DNA of 64,000 nucleotides. Source: Selaginella moellendorffii. Lineage: Eukaryota; Plantae; Lycopodiophyta. The notes below the pieces were generated by a model. That model was given only the letters and a program-made list of their open reading frames with translations, was not told where the DNA came from and ran no database searches. Below, piece by piece: positions 39,494-51,745 of this stretch (position 1 is its first letter; every line of letters begins with the position of its first letter). The position numbers and the translations under genes are program-made. Location of the stretch: the NCBI RefSeq assembly GCF_000143415.4, contig NW_003314262.1:4164021-4228020 (forward strand), read 5' to 3'.

Positions 39494-42400
39494 TTAATGA
39501 ATCTCACCTTGAACCCGGGTTATGAATGCTCTTGCTGCATCTCTTGCATGGTCTGGCAAGGTGATGGTGGCACTCTGCTTCCGCATCCAACCATGCACAA
39601 CATTATCCACCGATATGCTCATGCTGGGATCCCTTGGATTCAGCACCCATCTCTTTTCTAGGCAATCCTTCGTATATCCGGAACTTGGCTTGAACCACTC
39701 CACAGTTACATTGAAGGAGTTAGTTTCCGCGTCCTCCTCTGCATCAGTGATGCAGCGCCCCACCCATATCATTTGTTTTTATTACTGGGTCTGACAAGCA
39801 CGACCATTCCTTTGCAAACCTGTACTGGATTGAATGCTGAATCCGGCTTCTTGTTCCTCGGCCCACAATAGTGATCCTCAACATCGTTATCTGTCACTGC
39901 ATTTCCAGAGGACATTGTTCCGCTACTATCTGGTGCTCTGGGTTCTGGCCAAAAGGACTCTTCCAATTCTTCATATACAACCGGCCCATTTTGGATAGCA
40001 GATATAATCTTCTCCCAGTATTCGAGCAAAGGCTTGCACCTCTTAAAATAGGATTCTCCACCAAACACCAACCCCCTCTTCCAGAAGGCAATATGCTGTC
40101 TAATCCCGGCCACTATACTTTCCTGGTCTTTGAGTCCATCTGGGTGCATCGGCCGTGGGGAACCCTGAGGAATCATAGGTTCCCCAGTTATGGGATCTCT
40201 CTTGAAGAGTTCAATGCCATCCACTGGGAGCCACACTGTGTCCCATTCTCTCATCTTGTACCTCATCACTGGAGCACCGTCACGCATGCTGAAATGAAAC
40301 TGAAAAGGCTTGGAGTGGCCAATCAGCGTTTCGGATCCGTCCCTGATGTAGCCTCTTACAAACCCCTTAAAGTCTGGAACCTCTGTCACAAGTGCAGCTT
40401 CAACAGTGCCTTTGATGCAATTTTGGAATTCATCGTAGAGTTGTGGGAGGGTGAGGACATTGGATCGCCGGAGGGACTCTGCCAGGTGACTGAACATGGC
40501 ATCGACGTCTTCATGAGTGTGCCCAACCATGAGAAAGCCAAGTGTAACCGTTTCAAATATGCCTTTGGCAACAAGCATCGCCAAGTACGCGAAGACGTAC
40601 ATATTTTTGTTCTCACTGCCAGCATTGTCTGTTTGGAGCAGAAGATGGGGTGGAAGGCCACATCGGCCGCAAGAACTTCCTTGAGATTCTGCTTCGTTTG
40701 GATGAGGCTGTGCCAGCCTCATTGGAATGGCATGAGGCCTCACGTGATAACCCTACAATCTGACGGCCAACATATTCACTGGGATGGCATGGGGCCCCAT
40801 GCGATACTGCAAGCCTTTGCTCCTCCTCCAGCTGAACCCTGTATGGGGTTCGATCGACAAGGGCCTTATGCAAGGGTTGGCCGTTCAGCTCAGTTTGCGC
40901 ACTTTGCAGAGACCTTAAGTGTTTTGCTAGGGACGCAATCATCATGTTTGCACCCCCGCCACCCCATAGAGGTACAAAGAAGTTCCCATAGTTCTGGGCA
41001 CCATGCCCATGAGCGATTATGCCAAACAGAGACACAGGCAGCTGCATGGATGAAGAGATTGCCTTGGGGGCAGGATTGAGTCGAGGTAAGCACGTCTTTT
41101 TCTGGTCCATTTTGTCGTGGATGATGCAGAGGTAAGAGTCAGGTCTCTCCATGGAGAGAATCCTGTTATGATAATATGCAGTCCTACAGCTTCTTTGCTC
41201 GATGTTGTGGTTGAGCCGCCTTCTAACCAACGTCTCTCGCTCTTGAGCACTGCAAGAATTCTTCGACAAAGCCATTTTGATAGCAGTGCACTCGTCACAC
41301 TTTGAAAAGCTGGAGTACTTTCCTATACTCACATCCCTGAACCTGTTGCTCCACAATCTACTAAATCTAGATTGGCTCAGCTTCCTGTAGCCATTACTCT
41401 GGAGTTCCCGATTCACATCTTCCAATATGGCCCCCTTGGTATACATGGAAGGGAGAACTCGTTGGGTGTCTCGTGTTCCATCTTCCAAGAGGCGGGTTTT
41501 ATGTGGTTGCTGCTTGCTACATGTCTCAACAAACCTCTTGAAGATTGCCTCTCCATATACAACATGACCCCTAGTTTTGTGCGTATCGTCATTCCCATGG
41601 ACTGCCTGTTGAACCCTTTGTTCCTCGAACTTAGTTTTGATTCTGTAGAATGTGCTTCGAGGGACTCCATAAATGATTCTCCATGCCTTCATGCAGACCA
41701 AACCCCTCTGGAAGACCATGCCCCCCACCTGATGTTCTGAAGCATCAACAGATGACTGTAATGCCTCATACACAAAATTGCGAGCTGCCTTCCAGGACAA
41801 TGTCTTGTATCTTGCTCTCTCCTCTTCAATAGCATCCCAATCAGCATGTTGACAGCACCTCCTCTTGCAACAAGCAACTGTCGAGACCATTCGAACCTCC
41901 ATCGCCATTTTCTGCCTTTTCGGTTCGTTGCTCAGATCCCTTTGGCTGCGCTGTAGGAAGGTGTACTTTCTTTTCCCATGAAGAGATGTTCTGTCATCAG
42001 TTGTAGTGGTGTTTGATTGTGAATCCTTTACATTCTCAAACACTAAATGCCTCAATTTCCACCGCACAATGCTTCCAATAGTTAGACTGTTTTCTTCTGT
42101 GTCAACAACCTCTAAAATCGCAACTCCAATATCATCCCAGCCCAATTCTTGATTAGCAACCGCATCTCTTGGATCGACAACTGTGGCTAAGCCCTCAACT
42201 ACCACCTCCCCCTCGGGGTTGTTTAGAAACACCTTTGCCTGAATCCATGTAGCACGGTTCTTAAGATCCACGGAGGGAACATGCGTCGCACTTGCGCTGT
42301 CCCCAACATCTGCTTTCTTCTGCAGATTTTTCAAGGCAACAACAACATTTACCCCGACGACCATCTCTCCTCGTTCAATAGCGACCACATTCCCATCGAA

Positions 42401-42547
42401 GACAGTCTCTACTGATACAGCAGCATTGCCTTCCCCAAGCCTTTGACAGTGTATAACAAAGTTCTGATCCATAGACACAAGGGTCCCTTTTGCAACTCTC
42501 TTCCCACCATTCAAAATGTAAACTTTTTCCCCAACCCTGAAGGCCAT
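39494..42547 (-). CDS. Sola-like DDD transposase (~980 aa; one intron 40807-40708; probable 1-bp frameshift at ~39775)
   Basis: CCKRRCC, VCMKAWRIIYGV, KCDEC, HDKMDQ, QTDNAGSENKN and FLMVGHTHEDVDAMFS motifs. A phase-0 GT-AG join links ORFs 40613-42547 and 39769-40743. Confidence 0.8.
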
Positions 42548-45214
42548 TCTGAAAGTGCAGAAAAGAAGTTAAGACCATACAAAAAATGATTGGAGAATGG
42601 CCTAAATCATAACATACCAAATAGCATGAGGCCACATGCCATTATTCAAACATGTTATTGACACCCACGTGAAATTTCGCATTCACAAAATTGGCATGAG
42701 CCCTCATGCCATTAGTGGTACCACTAATGGCATGAGGCCTCATGCTATTTACTAGTCACACACACAAAAATATATACAGTTGCAGCAAGGCAAAAGGAAT
42801 ATGGCAATAGGCTAGCAGGGGCCAAAGATGGCATGAGGCCTCATGCCATCTTGATATACACACAGCTGCAGGCAAGTAAAAACATACATGACAATACGCT
42901 AGCCATGAAATTGCAAGGGCCCAAGATGGCATGTGGCCTCATGCCATTTCTAAATGTGGTCCTAAGCCATTCCATGGTGAACATACCAGGAAGCACAAGT
43001 GCCGAATATCAAGAGGAAGCGGTAGCCACACCAAAGACAGTGCCGCTCGCAACACCGCAACTACTCGTAGCGCCGCTCGCAACACCGCAACTGCTCGTAG
43101 CGCCGCTTGCACAAACTGCCACTCGCATAAACTGCCACTCGCAATGGCGCTCGCAATGCCGCAACCGCTTGTAGACGCATAAACCACAGCTCACAACGCC
43201 GCTTACACAAGCAGCGCTCACTGCGCTCAGCGGAACCAAGAACACCGCGCACAAAAATGATAGACCTAGGAATGAGTTCGAGAATTCAAAAATAACACAC
43301 GTTTGAATGTCACATCAAATCCTCTGACAAACCAGATCTTATGATTCCTCTGACAAATTTCAAACTGAGTAGCTTCTAGACTTTGCTGTCGGAGGTTGAA
43401 CTTTGTCACATCATGTCCTTGCCTCGATCCAGCTGTGCCATGTCAGTGATTCGAACTTTGCCATGCCGTGTCAGCGATCCGCGCCAAGATTATTCGCCGT
43501 GTAAAGGAATAATTATGCTGTGTGTGTACGTCCATTTATGGCAATATAAGGCCACACGCCATTCAAAGAATAATGCTAGTCGAGCATTTTTTGGTGCATT
43601 TTTGGGTTCAAAATTGCATGAGCCCACACGCTATAAAGTTTACCTGTACCAAAAATAGAAACAGCTTTATTTACTTGCGAATTTAAGTGGTTGAGGCATT
43701 TTTAAACTTACAAACACATGCCCTACTTACATTCCTTTGGTTGCTTAAAATTCAAAAATATATAAACCTTTCTTTTTGCATTTTCAATGTTTTCAATTAT
43801 GGTTTTTGATTTTCGCAAGACCAGCCTAGTAATCTATTTGCATCCCGTCATGTTTATAGCTAGCTTTCGTTTGTCCCCTTCGCTAGCCTGAGATACATCT
43901 GCTCGGCATCTGCCTCTTATAGCATTTGCCCAGAAAGGGCATCTTTCTTCACGCAGCATTTGCCACATGTTTAGGGTTTAGGGTTTAGTGTTTAGCAATT
44001 CAGTAGCTTGATAAACATGCAAATACAGAACTTGATGCAAAATCCTTCGATATGTTACAATGCCCCTAGGACTATAAACACATTTCAATAGAGAGGGTCC
44101 TTTCATTTTATAACTCCTTACGTAGATCTTGGTGAAACCAGAGTTAGTGAAGTTGGTTTCTTGTGATCCCGCATCTGATTGTGATGTCCCTTTGCAGTGT
44201 CGATGGAAAGGTCAATGCACACCAAACTGTAAAATCTTGGAGCAAAATAACAGTCAGATCTATGGCAAATGCCCCTGAAACATTGTAAGGCTTGTGTGGT
44301 CTCATGTGGTGTCCGATCGAGATGCTTCTTTGCAGGGTCATCAAGAAGGACATTGTATACCATTCTGTAAAATCTAGTTGCGATCTAACGGTTGGATCTC
44401 CAGGAAACTCAAAACAATCTCGCGCGTGTCAGAATATTCTAGGAATATACTCCTATGTGCTCCTGAAAATGGCATGCGGCCCCACGCCATTCAAGAGATA
44501 ACGCCAAATGATGCCGAGCATTTTTTGGTGCATGTTTTGGGATCAAAATTGCATAAGCCCACACGCTTGAACATCACATCAAATCCTCTGACAATTTATT
44601 TAGCTGAACATCTGGCATTTTTGGAAATACAAGATGCTTTGGAATATCCAATCATGCATAGTATAAATATAGCAAGGGTATTAAATGATATCCCAATCAT
44701 GATCTTTCTTTTGGATTTCACGTGCATGCAGTCCGAGGAATGATGACGTTGCGGATTGCTTTTGGATTTCACGTATACGCGTGGCGATCCAGAAATTAAT
44801 GGTGGCGCCCAAGTTCGAGGAATGATGACGTGGTGGGATTACCAACCATCGTGACATTTCGCGCGTGTGAGGTTAGGTTTTGCATTTTCCTTCGTACTCG
44901 CGCTCGCATCGCGCTCCCACTCGCGCTCCCACTTCTCTATAGGTTTCTCGTGTGCATCGGCGTCCACTTGCGCTTGCATCACACTCGCGCTCGCATCGCG
45001 CTCGTGTGCATCGGCGTCCACTTCAAGACACACCCAGTTTGTAACTTCGCCGCCAACTCCGCCGCCCACTCCACGCAGCCCACTTGGCGTCCCGGGAGAT
45101 TTCAGCGCCACTCTCCAACTGTAAGTGGTAGAGTAGCCTTGCTGCTACGATTTGCTGCACACACAGTGCACATTCGTCAGCGAGTCCGGTTGTCACGCCT
45201 CCATTCGGCTTCAA

Positions 45215-48200
45215 ATGGTAAGTCTTTTAGGCCAAGTAGAAAATGGCATGAGGCCACATGCCATTCAGTAGCAACATTGGCATGCACCGATTGGGCTCTC
45301 GAGTGCAGTCCGGTTACAGATGGCGTGTAGCCTCACGCCATCTTAGGATGCAGCCTCAAGACATCTGATGCAGTGGTGAATGGCGTGTGGCCTCACGTTA
45401 TTTCCAGTTGTTAGCTTTTCATCTGTCAGCTCTAATTGTTGTGCATTTCTGAACAGGCGAGGAATTGCGTTCTTCTTCTAGCCACTGTCAATGTGGATGC
45501 AGAGAAGGGGGAGGAGCTCACCAGTTGGACTTTTGGGATGGAAGGCGAGGATCTGAGGCTGTACAACACAGATGGTGGGAGAAAAGAATGCATGGGGATC
45601 CTCATCCAAGTGACAGACACTCCATGCAATTCCATGCAAGAATATGGACTGGCACTTGTGGTAGAGACAGCGTCTGCCTTCAAGATCCACCTTGCACATC
45701 CTAGCGGCTTCCCGGAGGGGGGCAGCGGCTATGAGGAATTCCTAGAGGGAGCTAGGGAGAGGTTGTCCAGGAGGCCCACAATTTCAAAGACGCTGCAGGT
45801 CTATGAAGATCACATGGAATCCATGGACTTCACCTACGGCGATGTTCAAAAACTATATTCCAACATTGAGCCGTTGAGAGTGAATCCAGTTCGCGAAGCG
45901 AAGGGGAAGGGGGTCGATCTGGAAACTACCCCGAAGCAGAAAAGGGTGGTCAAGCTCAAGCCGATGTCCGACTCTCCTCCAAAAAAGAAGCTACTCGGTG
46001 ATGCCATTGCCTCGGGTTTGAACACTACACCCACCAAAAAGAAGAGCCGCAAAGAGCAGAAAGAGCAAGAAGAGGCAGCAAAAATTGTCGCAGATAATAG
46101 TACTTATTACTATTCGAACAAAGTATATACAATCGACGTGAGCCGTATTGACATCCAAAGCAAATACAACCACAGGCTAGTATCTGATGAGTGGGTGGAG
46201 AAACTGAAGCAGAAGATGCTGGCAAGTCCAGTAACACCCGACATCGCAAACGTGATCCCCTACTACCGAACAATGAAGGGTGAGACGAGGTTTCCAGACT
46301 TGATCAATAGGAAGGTGTTGGACGATCAGAACATCCGGTTCTATGCCGTCTCCGGGCAGCATTCTAGCTTGGCGATGCAAGAGATAGTTGTGGATATTAT
46401 GGTGGGCGAGGAGGTGAAGAAAGTCTTCAAGACAAGAGTTGTCCGCCTGATAAAAGGCAACTTGCCCCTCCGATCTATCATATACATCTCCCACGCGCAG
46501 AATGTCAAGCAAGAAACGTGCTACAAATCGGGTTTGCACGAGACATTGGCACGAACACGGAAGCTCTAGGTTCAACTGAAGAAGCCACAAAAACCAGGAC
46601 AAGGACGTGCACTAGCAACTAGCGCCTGGCAGGTAAGCCTCGTTGTATGTGGCATAGCATGTGGCCTCACGCCATTTCCATTGCAGGAATTCTCAAGTCT
46701 TCTCTCGAAAACACTGGGGGTCAATGACACACTCAGCATCCATAACATTCTACTTGCGACAAAAGTTGTTTTTGACAAATGGGTAGATGTGCTGAGGAGG
46801 TACCATGATGGGGAGTTGCCAAACTCAATGGGTGTGGAGGACGGCCGGAAGCCCAATGATTTGAAGCTCAACGCTTTGCGTTTCTCGCGGTCTCTAGACG
46901 ACGACGACCTTCTGACAGTGGCTAATGCTCTTCTACGTGGTGAGGTAGTCTTCAACAAGACCAAAATGACTCCCGGCCATATTGTGACATACGAGGACTT
47001 GTGCACGACTCTGAGAGCTCGTGCGCTATTGAAGGATTGGATCTTCAAGCAAGTGGCCGTGGAGAGGGTGAGCATCGACACCACGCAAGAGATGATGGAA
47101 GCGCTGGATTTGTCAGTGCCTGAGGAACTGAAGACGGCTATGGAGCTTTTGAATCCAAAGAAAGCTCCAGGTGCAGCATGGGAAATGCTCAGCTGGGTCT
47201 TCAACGCAATAGCGGGTGGGTCACCTGCTTCCGACTCCAAGGGCAAATGCGTTGTCGAGTACAACTGCGGCGGACTATTCTTTCGAGCCGCACTACTCAA
47301 GGGTGTCCCGTGTGTTGCGGTGACAAACTCCATTGAAGAGGTGACTTCAATGGAGCATATAATTACAGTTGCCAAAGAAAAACAGTATCTTCTCTGCGAA
47401 CCTGGTGAGTACGCACTTTAAGTTTAAATGTTATCTCACAAGCTCTGTATGCAGGAGCGTGGCCACCCCTAGATGCTGAAACGGCGTTAACAGCTACTGT
47501 TGAAGATACCCATGTTGGGCTGAGCTCACAACCTGCACAAGGTAAGGTCACGTGAGGCCTCACGCCATTTTGATTATAGATCGTTGTGAATATTCAGACA
47601 TGAGGACTGAAAAGCGCACTGGTGGCACGTCGAAGAAGGACAAACAGACAAACAATAGGAAAAAAGGAGGTACAAATTATATTTGCAATGGCGTGTGGTC
47701 TCATGCCATTCCTTGCAGGAGACACTTCTTCAAAGGCAAAACAGGAAAGCACCAGCCAAGCTCAAACTGACAGTGGTCATAAAAAGCGAAAGCACGTTGG
47801 ACAGTCGTCGGGATCAGAGGCATTTGATTCGAAAAGGAAGAAGGGCAACGAAAAGATGATAGGTAATGCCTCGCGGTTATGGCGCGTGTGCTCATGCCAT
47901 TCATTGCAGATCAAGGGCTGAGTGAAAGCAGGCAGTCACCACCTCCTGACTCAGATTCCTATGGCGGACTCCCCTTCCCCAATCTCAATGGAGAGGTACA
48001 ATGGATGAGGGATGCTTTTCAAGTCAGGGCCACGTTTTTCTCATCTCGTCGTCTTCGAAGGGTGCAAGAACGTGCAGAAACCATGTTAAGACAGTCGGGT
48101 GAGGATACGGTCCTAGGTCACGCACTAAAACAGGCTATGGATGTCTTGTATTTTGAGATGGAGACTCGGCCAGATGATTTTCCCAAGATGGTCCTGGAAG

Positions 48201-51200
48201 AACAAGCCATCCAGCCTGAGCAGCCTATGGAAGAAATGCAGGAGGGGGATGAGGAGCCAGAGAAAGATAATGAGCAGGAAGAGCAAAAGGACGAAGAGGA
48301 GGACAAAGAAGAGGAGGACGAAGAAGAGGAGGATGAAGAGGACTTGGATGGTCCTCACAATGGTGACGATGTAGCGCACGTGGTTTTGACCCTTTATCCT
48401 ATGGTGATTTACCATAGGATAACACCACGAAGCGGAACCTAAACCCTCTTTGTGCCACGTGACAGATGCCACGTGTCACATGCCACGTGTCCATGCCACG
48501 TGTCCATAGGAACCCGAGGTTCAGGGCCTTGGGCCACTGAACGAAGGAACGGTGCCAAACTCCCAAGCATGACGCCAAGGAGTGATGGAACCGGACCACG
48601 GAGCAACTACCGAGCATATAGCCCAAGGAGCGAAGGGACAGGAGCCCGGAGCGACTTGGAACAGTCCTGGAGCAACCAGCATACCAATGCCAGGACCAGC
48701 ACGCAAAACGGAGCCAAACGGAGTCTGGCGCTATTTCGGCATACCGGTGGCCTAACGTGAGGATATGGGTACTCCACCAGCTAGCATGGAATGGAACTTG
48801 GGCTTAGACCCAAGCCGGACGCAGAACAAGGACAGGCACGCAAGCGGGAGCTAGACTATGCCTCAGGTTGGTCGGCCATGCCCGACCTACCCACTATCCC
48901 TACTATACATTTGGAACCCCCCATAGCCCCCCCCCCCTTGAGGAACACACGCTTTGGGCTTTCACCCCAAGCCTCCCTTAGTATCAGGAGTTAGTTTCTG
49001 GGACAAGCTCGAAACTTACTAAATATGGAATGTCCCTAGATTGCGAATTTGGACACGGGACGAACACCATTGTGTTCAGGCAGATCTCTACATTCCGTAG
49101 ATATGCCAAATGAGCAACACGGTAAGCTATCATGTAGCGATATTGAGGGACTAATCTCAATACGCGAGGGTTCTTGTCACTAGCAAGTGCAAGACAAAAC
49201 GAGATGGGAACTCCTTACCGGGCTAAGTATGCTTAGCTAATAACACGTAGGAATTCCGTCCTTATGCTCGTCCGGTCTAAGTACACTCGAAATGCCCAGT
49301 TAACTCCACTAGCACAAGAGGGACTGATAAAGGGTCCAGCAATACCGACCTCCTGCCATCGTGGCAGTAAGGTAAGAGTGTCCGTAAGGACTAGCCGACA
49401 GGTAACTTTCGATACCTGAAGTCACATTCGCGACAGACGATCACAATAACGACGACGACGATGATGACGACGATGGCCAGCCTGAGGTGGCTAAAGAGCA
49501 GCGGAGGAAGGTCATACAAGACAAACCATCAGGTAAATAATAGTACATCCATTCCTAACCTTTTACCATTTCTAACATTGTCCATGTAGGTCGTAGAGCA
49601 AATGGTAAGTAGAGATTATTCAGTTGAATTAAGATACAAATTCTAGCCTTTAGTGTCGAGGAAGGATAGTGCCAAGCAAGGGTCGAAACGTATGTCCAAT
49701 CCTTCAGAATCAACAGTGCGCCCAAGTGATATCGGTCCTAGTTCCTCAATAGCAGTTGATGGTAAATACAGTATAGTCGATTCAATGTGCTAATGAGTTT
49801 GTTTTTAGTAGCACGGGAGGATACCATCTCAATCGAAGGGAGATATTTGGACATGCATATGGATCCGCCAGTGGACTCTACTTGCCTGCAAGAGTCATCA
49901 GAGCTGGTGGAGGCTACTATCCATATCAACGCCAAGCAAGCTGACCACGCTCCACTTGATGCTGCCCATACCACTGAGTCAATCTTGTCCACGTATCCAA
50001 CTGATGGTGACCAGGCGCCATTGGACCCGCATGAGGCCGCCCTAGCCGCCGAGCCGGTCGTATCCTCATTTCCAACGGACTCAACATGTGCCCAATCGTC
50101 TGACTACGCGCCGTTGGAACCTCCCTACACCGCCCCTGCTGCCTGTTCGGTCATGTCCACTTTGCCAACGGAGGCACCAGCTGAAATGGCGTGTGATCAC
50201 ACGCCATCGGAACCACCCCATGCCACTGTTGAGCCAGTTGTACTAGAGTCTACAGCTAAAATGGCATGTGCCCACACGCCATCGGATGCGATTGACCCCA
50301 CATTGCAGAGGAGAGTATTTCCGCCCTTCACGTTTCCTCGACCAAAACCCTCTCAACGACCATCGGGAGCACCATTTGCTAATATTGTAGATGGTAAAAT
50401 TGACTTGTACCATTTTTTATGCTGATGCATTTCATTTCAGAGTCACGGCGAAGGTACTGTATCATTTTTGATCTGAACAGTGTCCTTTTCTCCCATGAGC
50501 ATGGCTCGTCCTCGAATGTCATTGCACCCTCCAAAGCCTGCGGTCGCAAGTTGGTCAAAAGAGACAGATTCACATTAATCACACGGGAGAAACTGCGGGA
50601 TCTAATAATGACCATGCGACACTTAAAACAGAGGGCCGGGTTCAATTTGCAATTGGGAGTTTGGACATCCATGATGCGCCACAATGCATTAACGTTGCTA
50701 CAGATGATGCACGATCAGACGCGAGTAATATTACCATTTGACTTTCTCCTAATGCAGGAGGATTGCTTGACTATGGTCCATGTGAGGGGTAGCAAGCCCA
50801 TCTTCGTCAAGCCAGAGGCTGTAGTGATGAACCGGACTGCTAGCTCAAGTGAAATCCTCATCATCGATGACTCGCCGATTAAAACTGCAGCGAACACGCA
50901 CACATATGCAGTGCACCCCATCTCTTGCAGTATGGAAACTAGGGAGAAGAAACCGTATGTTCTGGGGGACCTTGCAAAACGGCTTGGAGCGATGGTGATA
51001 GTGAACCGGCCAGTCCAGGAGGTGGTTGCAGAAATCAACCAAATGGCAGATGGAACGGTATATCAGAAGCCATTTGATCAGACAAACACCAGTCATCATT
51101 TATGGCATGTATATTGTCTAGCCAAGCACTATCCGCATCTCCATAATCTGCTCAACCGGATGGGTTCTTCGACCACTGAACATGAGCGTGGACGTATTAG

Positions 51201-51291
51201 AGAAGAGATGGCATTACTATTGGGTTTAAATCCTGATTGGAGAGTGATGAAATTCCAAGATTATTGTATAGGCGTTGGAGGCAAAAAATAA
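45215..51291 (+). CDS. Transposon cargo gene, ~11 exons, ~1,430 aa: ParB/Srx-like domain, acidic linker, FCP1/NIF-like HAD domain. Disrupted by a TAG and a solo LTR
   Basis: ATG at 45215, then in-frame GT-AG introns (45218-45456, 46633-46686, 47405-47454, 47542-47597, 47670-47718, 47863-47909, three at ~49533-49808, and ~50394-50440). Motifs HRLVSDEWVEKL…FYAVSGQHSSLA and IIFDLNSVL…VWTS…QEDC…KPIFVK…LIIDDSPIK. Confidence 0.7.
48370..49435 (-). mobile_element. Solo LTR (third family) inside the cargo gene
   Basis: TGTAGCGC…TCGCGACA with TSD GACGA (48365-48369 and 49436-49440). Removing it restores the frame (…HNGDDHNNDDDD…). It contains the GCTTTGGGCTTTCACCC motif shared with the other LTRs; orientation is inferred from that motif. 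Confidence 0.85.
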
Positions 51292-51745
51292 CAGTCTGAG
51301 ATGGCATGTATTTATTTAAAAATGTAACTTATTATGGCATGGGGTTCCATGCCATTGTATTAATATTAAAAGACAATTCTTTGAGAGGATTTGCATTATA
51401 CTAGAAGTGTTACAGCATGTTATTGGAAGTCTACGAAGTTGTTTTATTAATAAGGGGAAAGTAAAGATTGAATGGGGACTTGGGCTCCACCTAGACTTGG
51501 AGCAACTGAGCCAATATTAAAAGGATGGAAAGAAATTGGACGATGATGACAAGGAGAAGAGAGAGGTGAAGCAGTGGCAGGGGGAGGAGAAGTGATTGAG
51601 TAGACATTTCCTTGTTTAAAATAAAATGGCATGTGCCTCAATGCAGTTGAATTTTGTTATATTTATATACTATATAAAGGTTTGGAAACCTTATTTTACA
51701 AGTGGGATAATGACAATTCCCACTTTAACGAAATAAAGCTACTAA

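Larger units (their letters stand above)
38921..51647. repeat. ~25 dispersed 22-bp palindromes ATGGCRTGWGGCCWCAYGCCAT
   Basis: Examples at 39326, 40727, 40784, 42621, 42691, 42828 (within a perfect 28-bp palindrome), 42926, 44469, 45243, 45320, 45380, 46654, 47688, 47879, 50186, 50261 and 51334. Confidence 0.9.
38696..51740. mobile_element. ~13 kb TIR DNA transposon (Sola-like) with cargo gene and dispersed palindromes
   Basis: 23-bp TIRs AGCT(C/T)TATTTCGTTAAAGTGGGA at 38696-38718 and 51718-51740. The element splits the host integrase between KLKFS and TAYHPQT. TSD unresolved. Confidence 0.85.

Noticed and set aside
39871-41079. 402-aa plus-strand ORF
   Set aside because: Antisense to the transposase and has no recognisable motifs.
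42620-42950. Clustered palindromes as a CRISPR array
   Set aside because: Irregular spacing, degenerate repeats, no cas genes and a eukaryotic context.
46572-47375. 267-aa minus-strand ORF
   Set aside because: Antisense to a cargo-gene exon.
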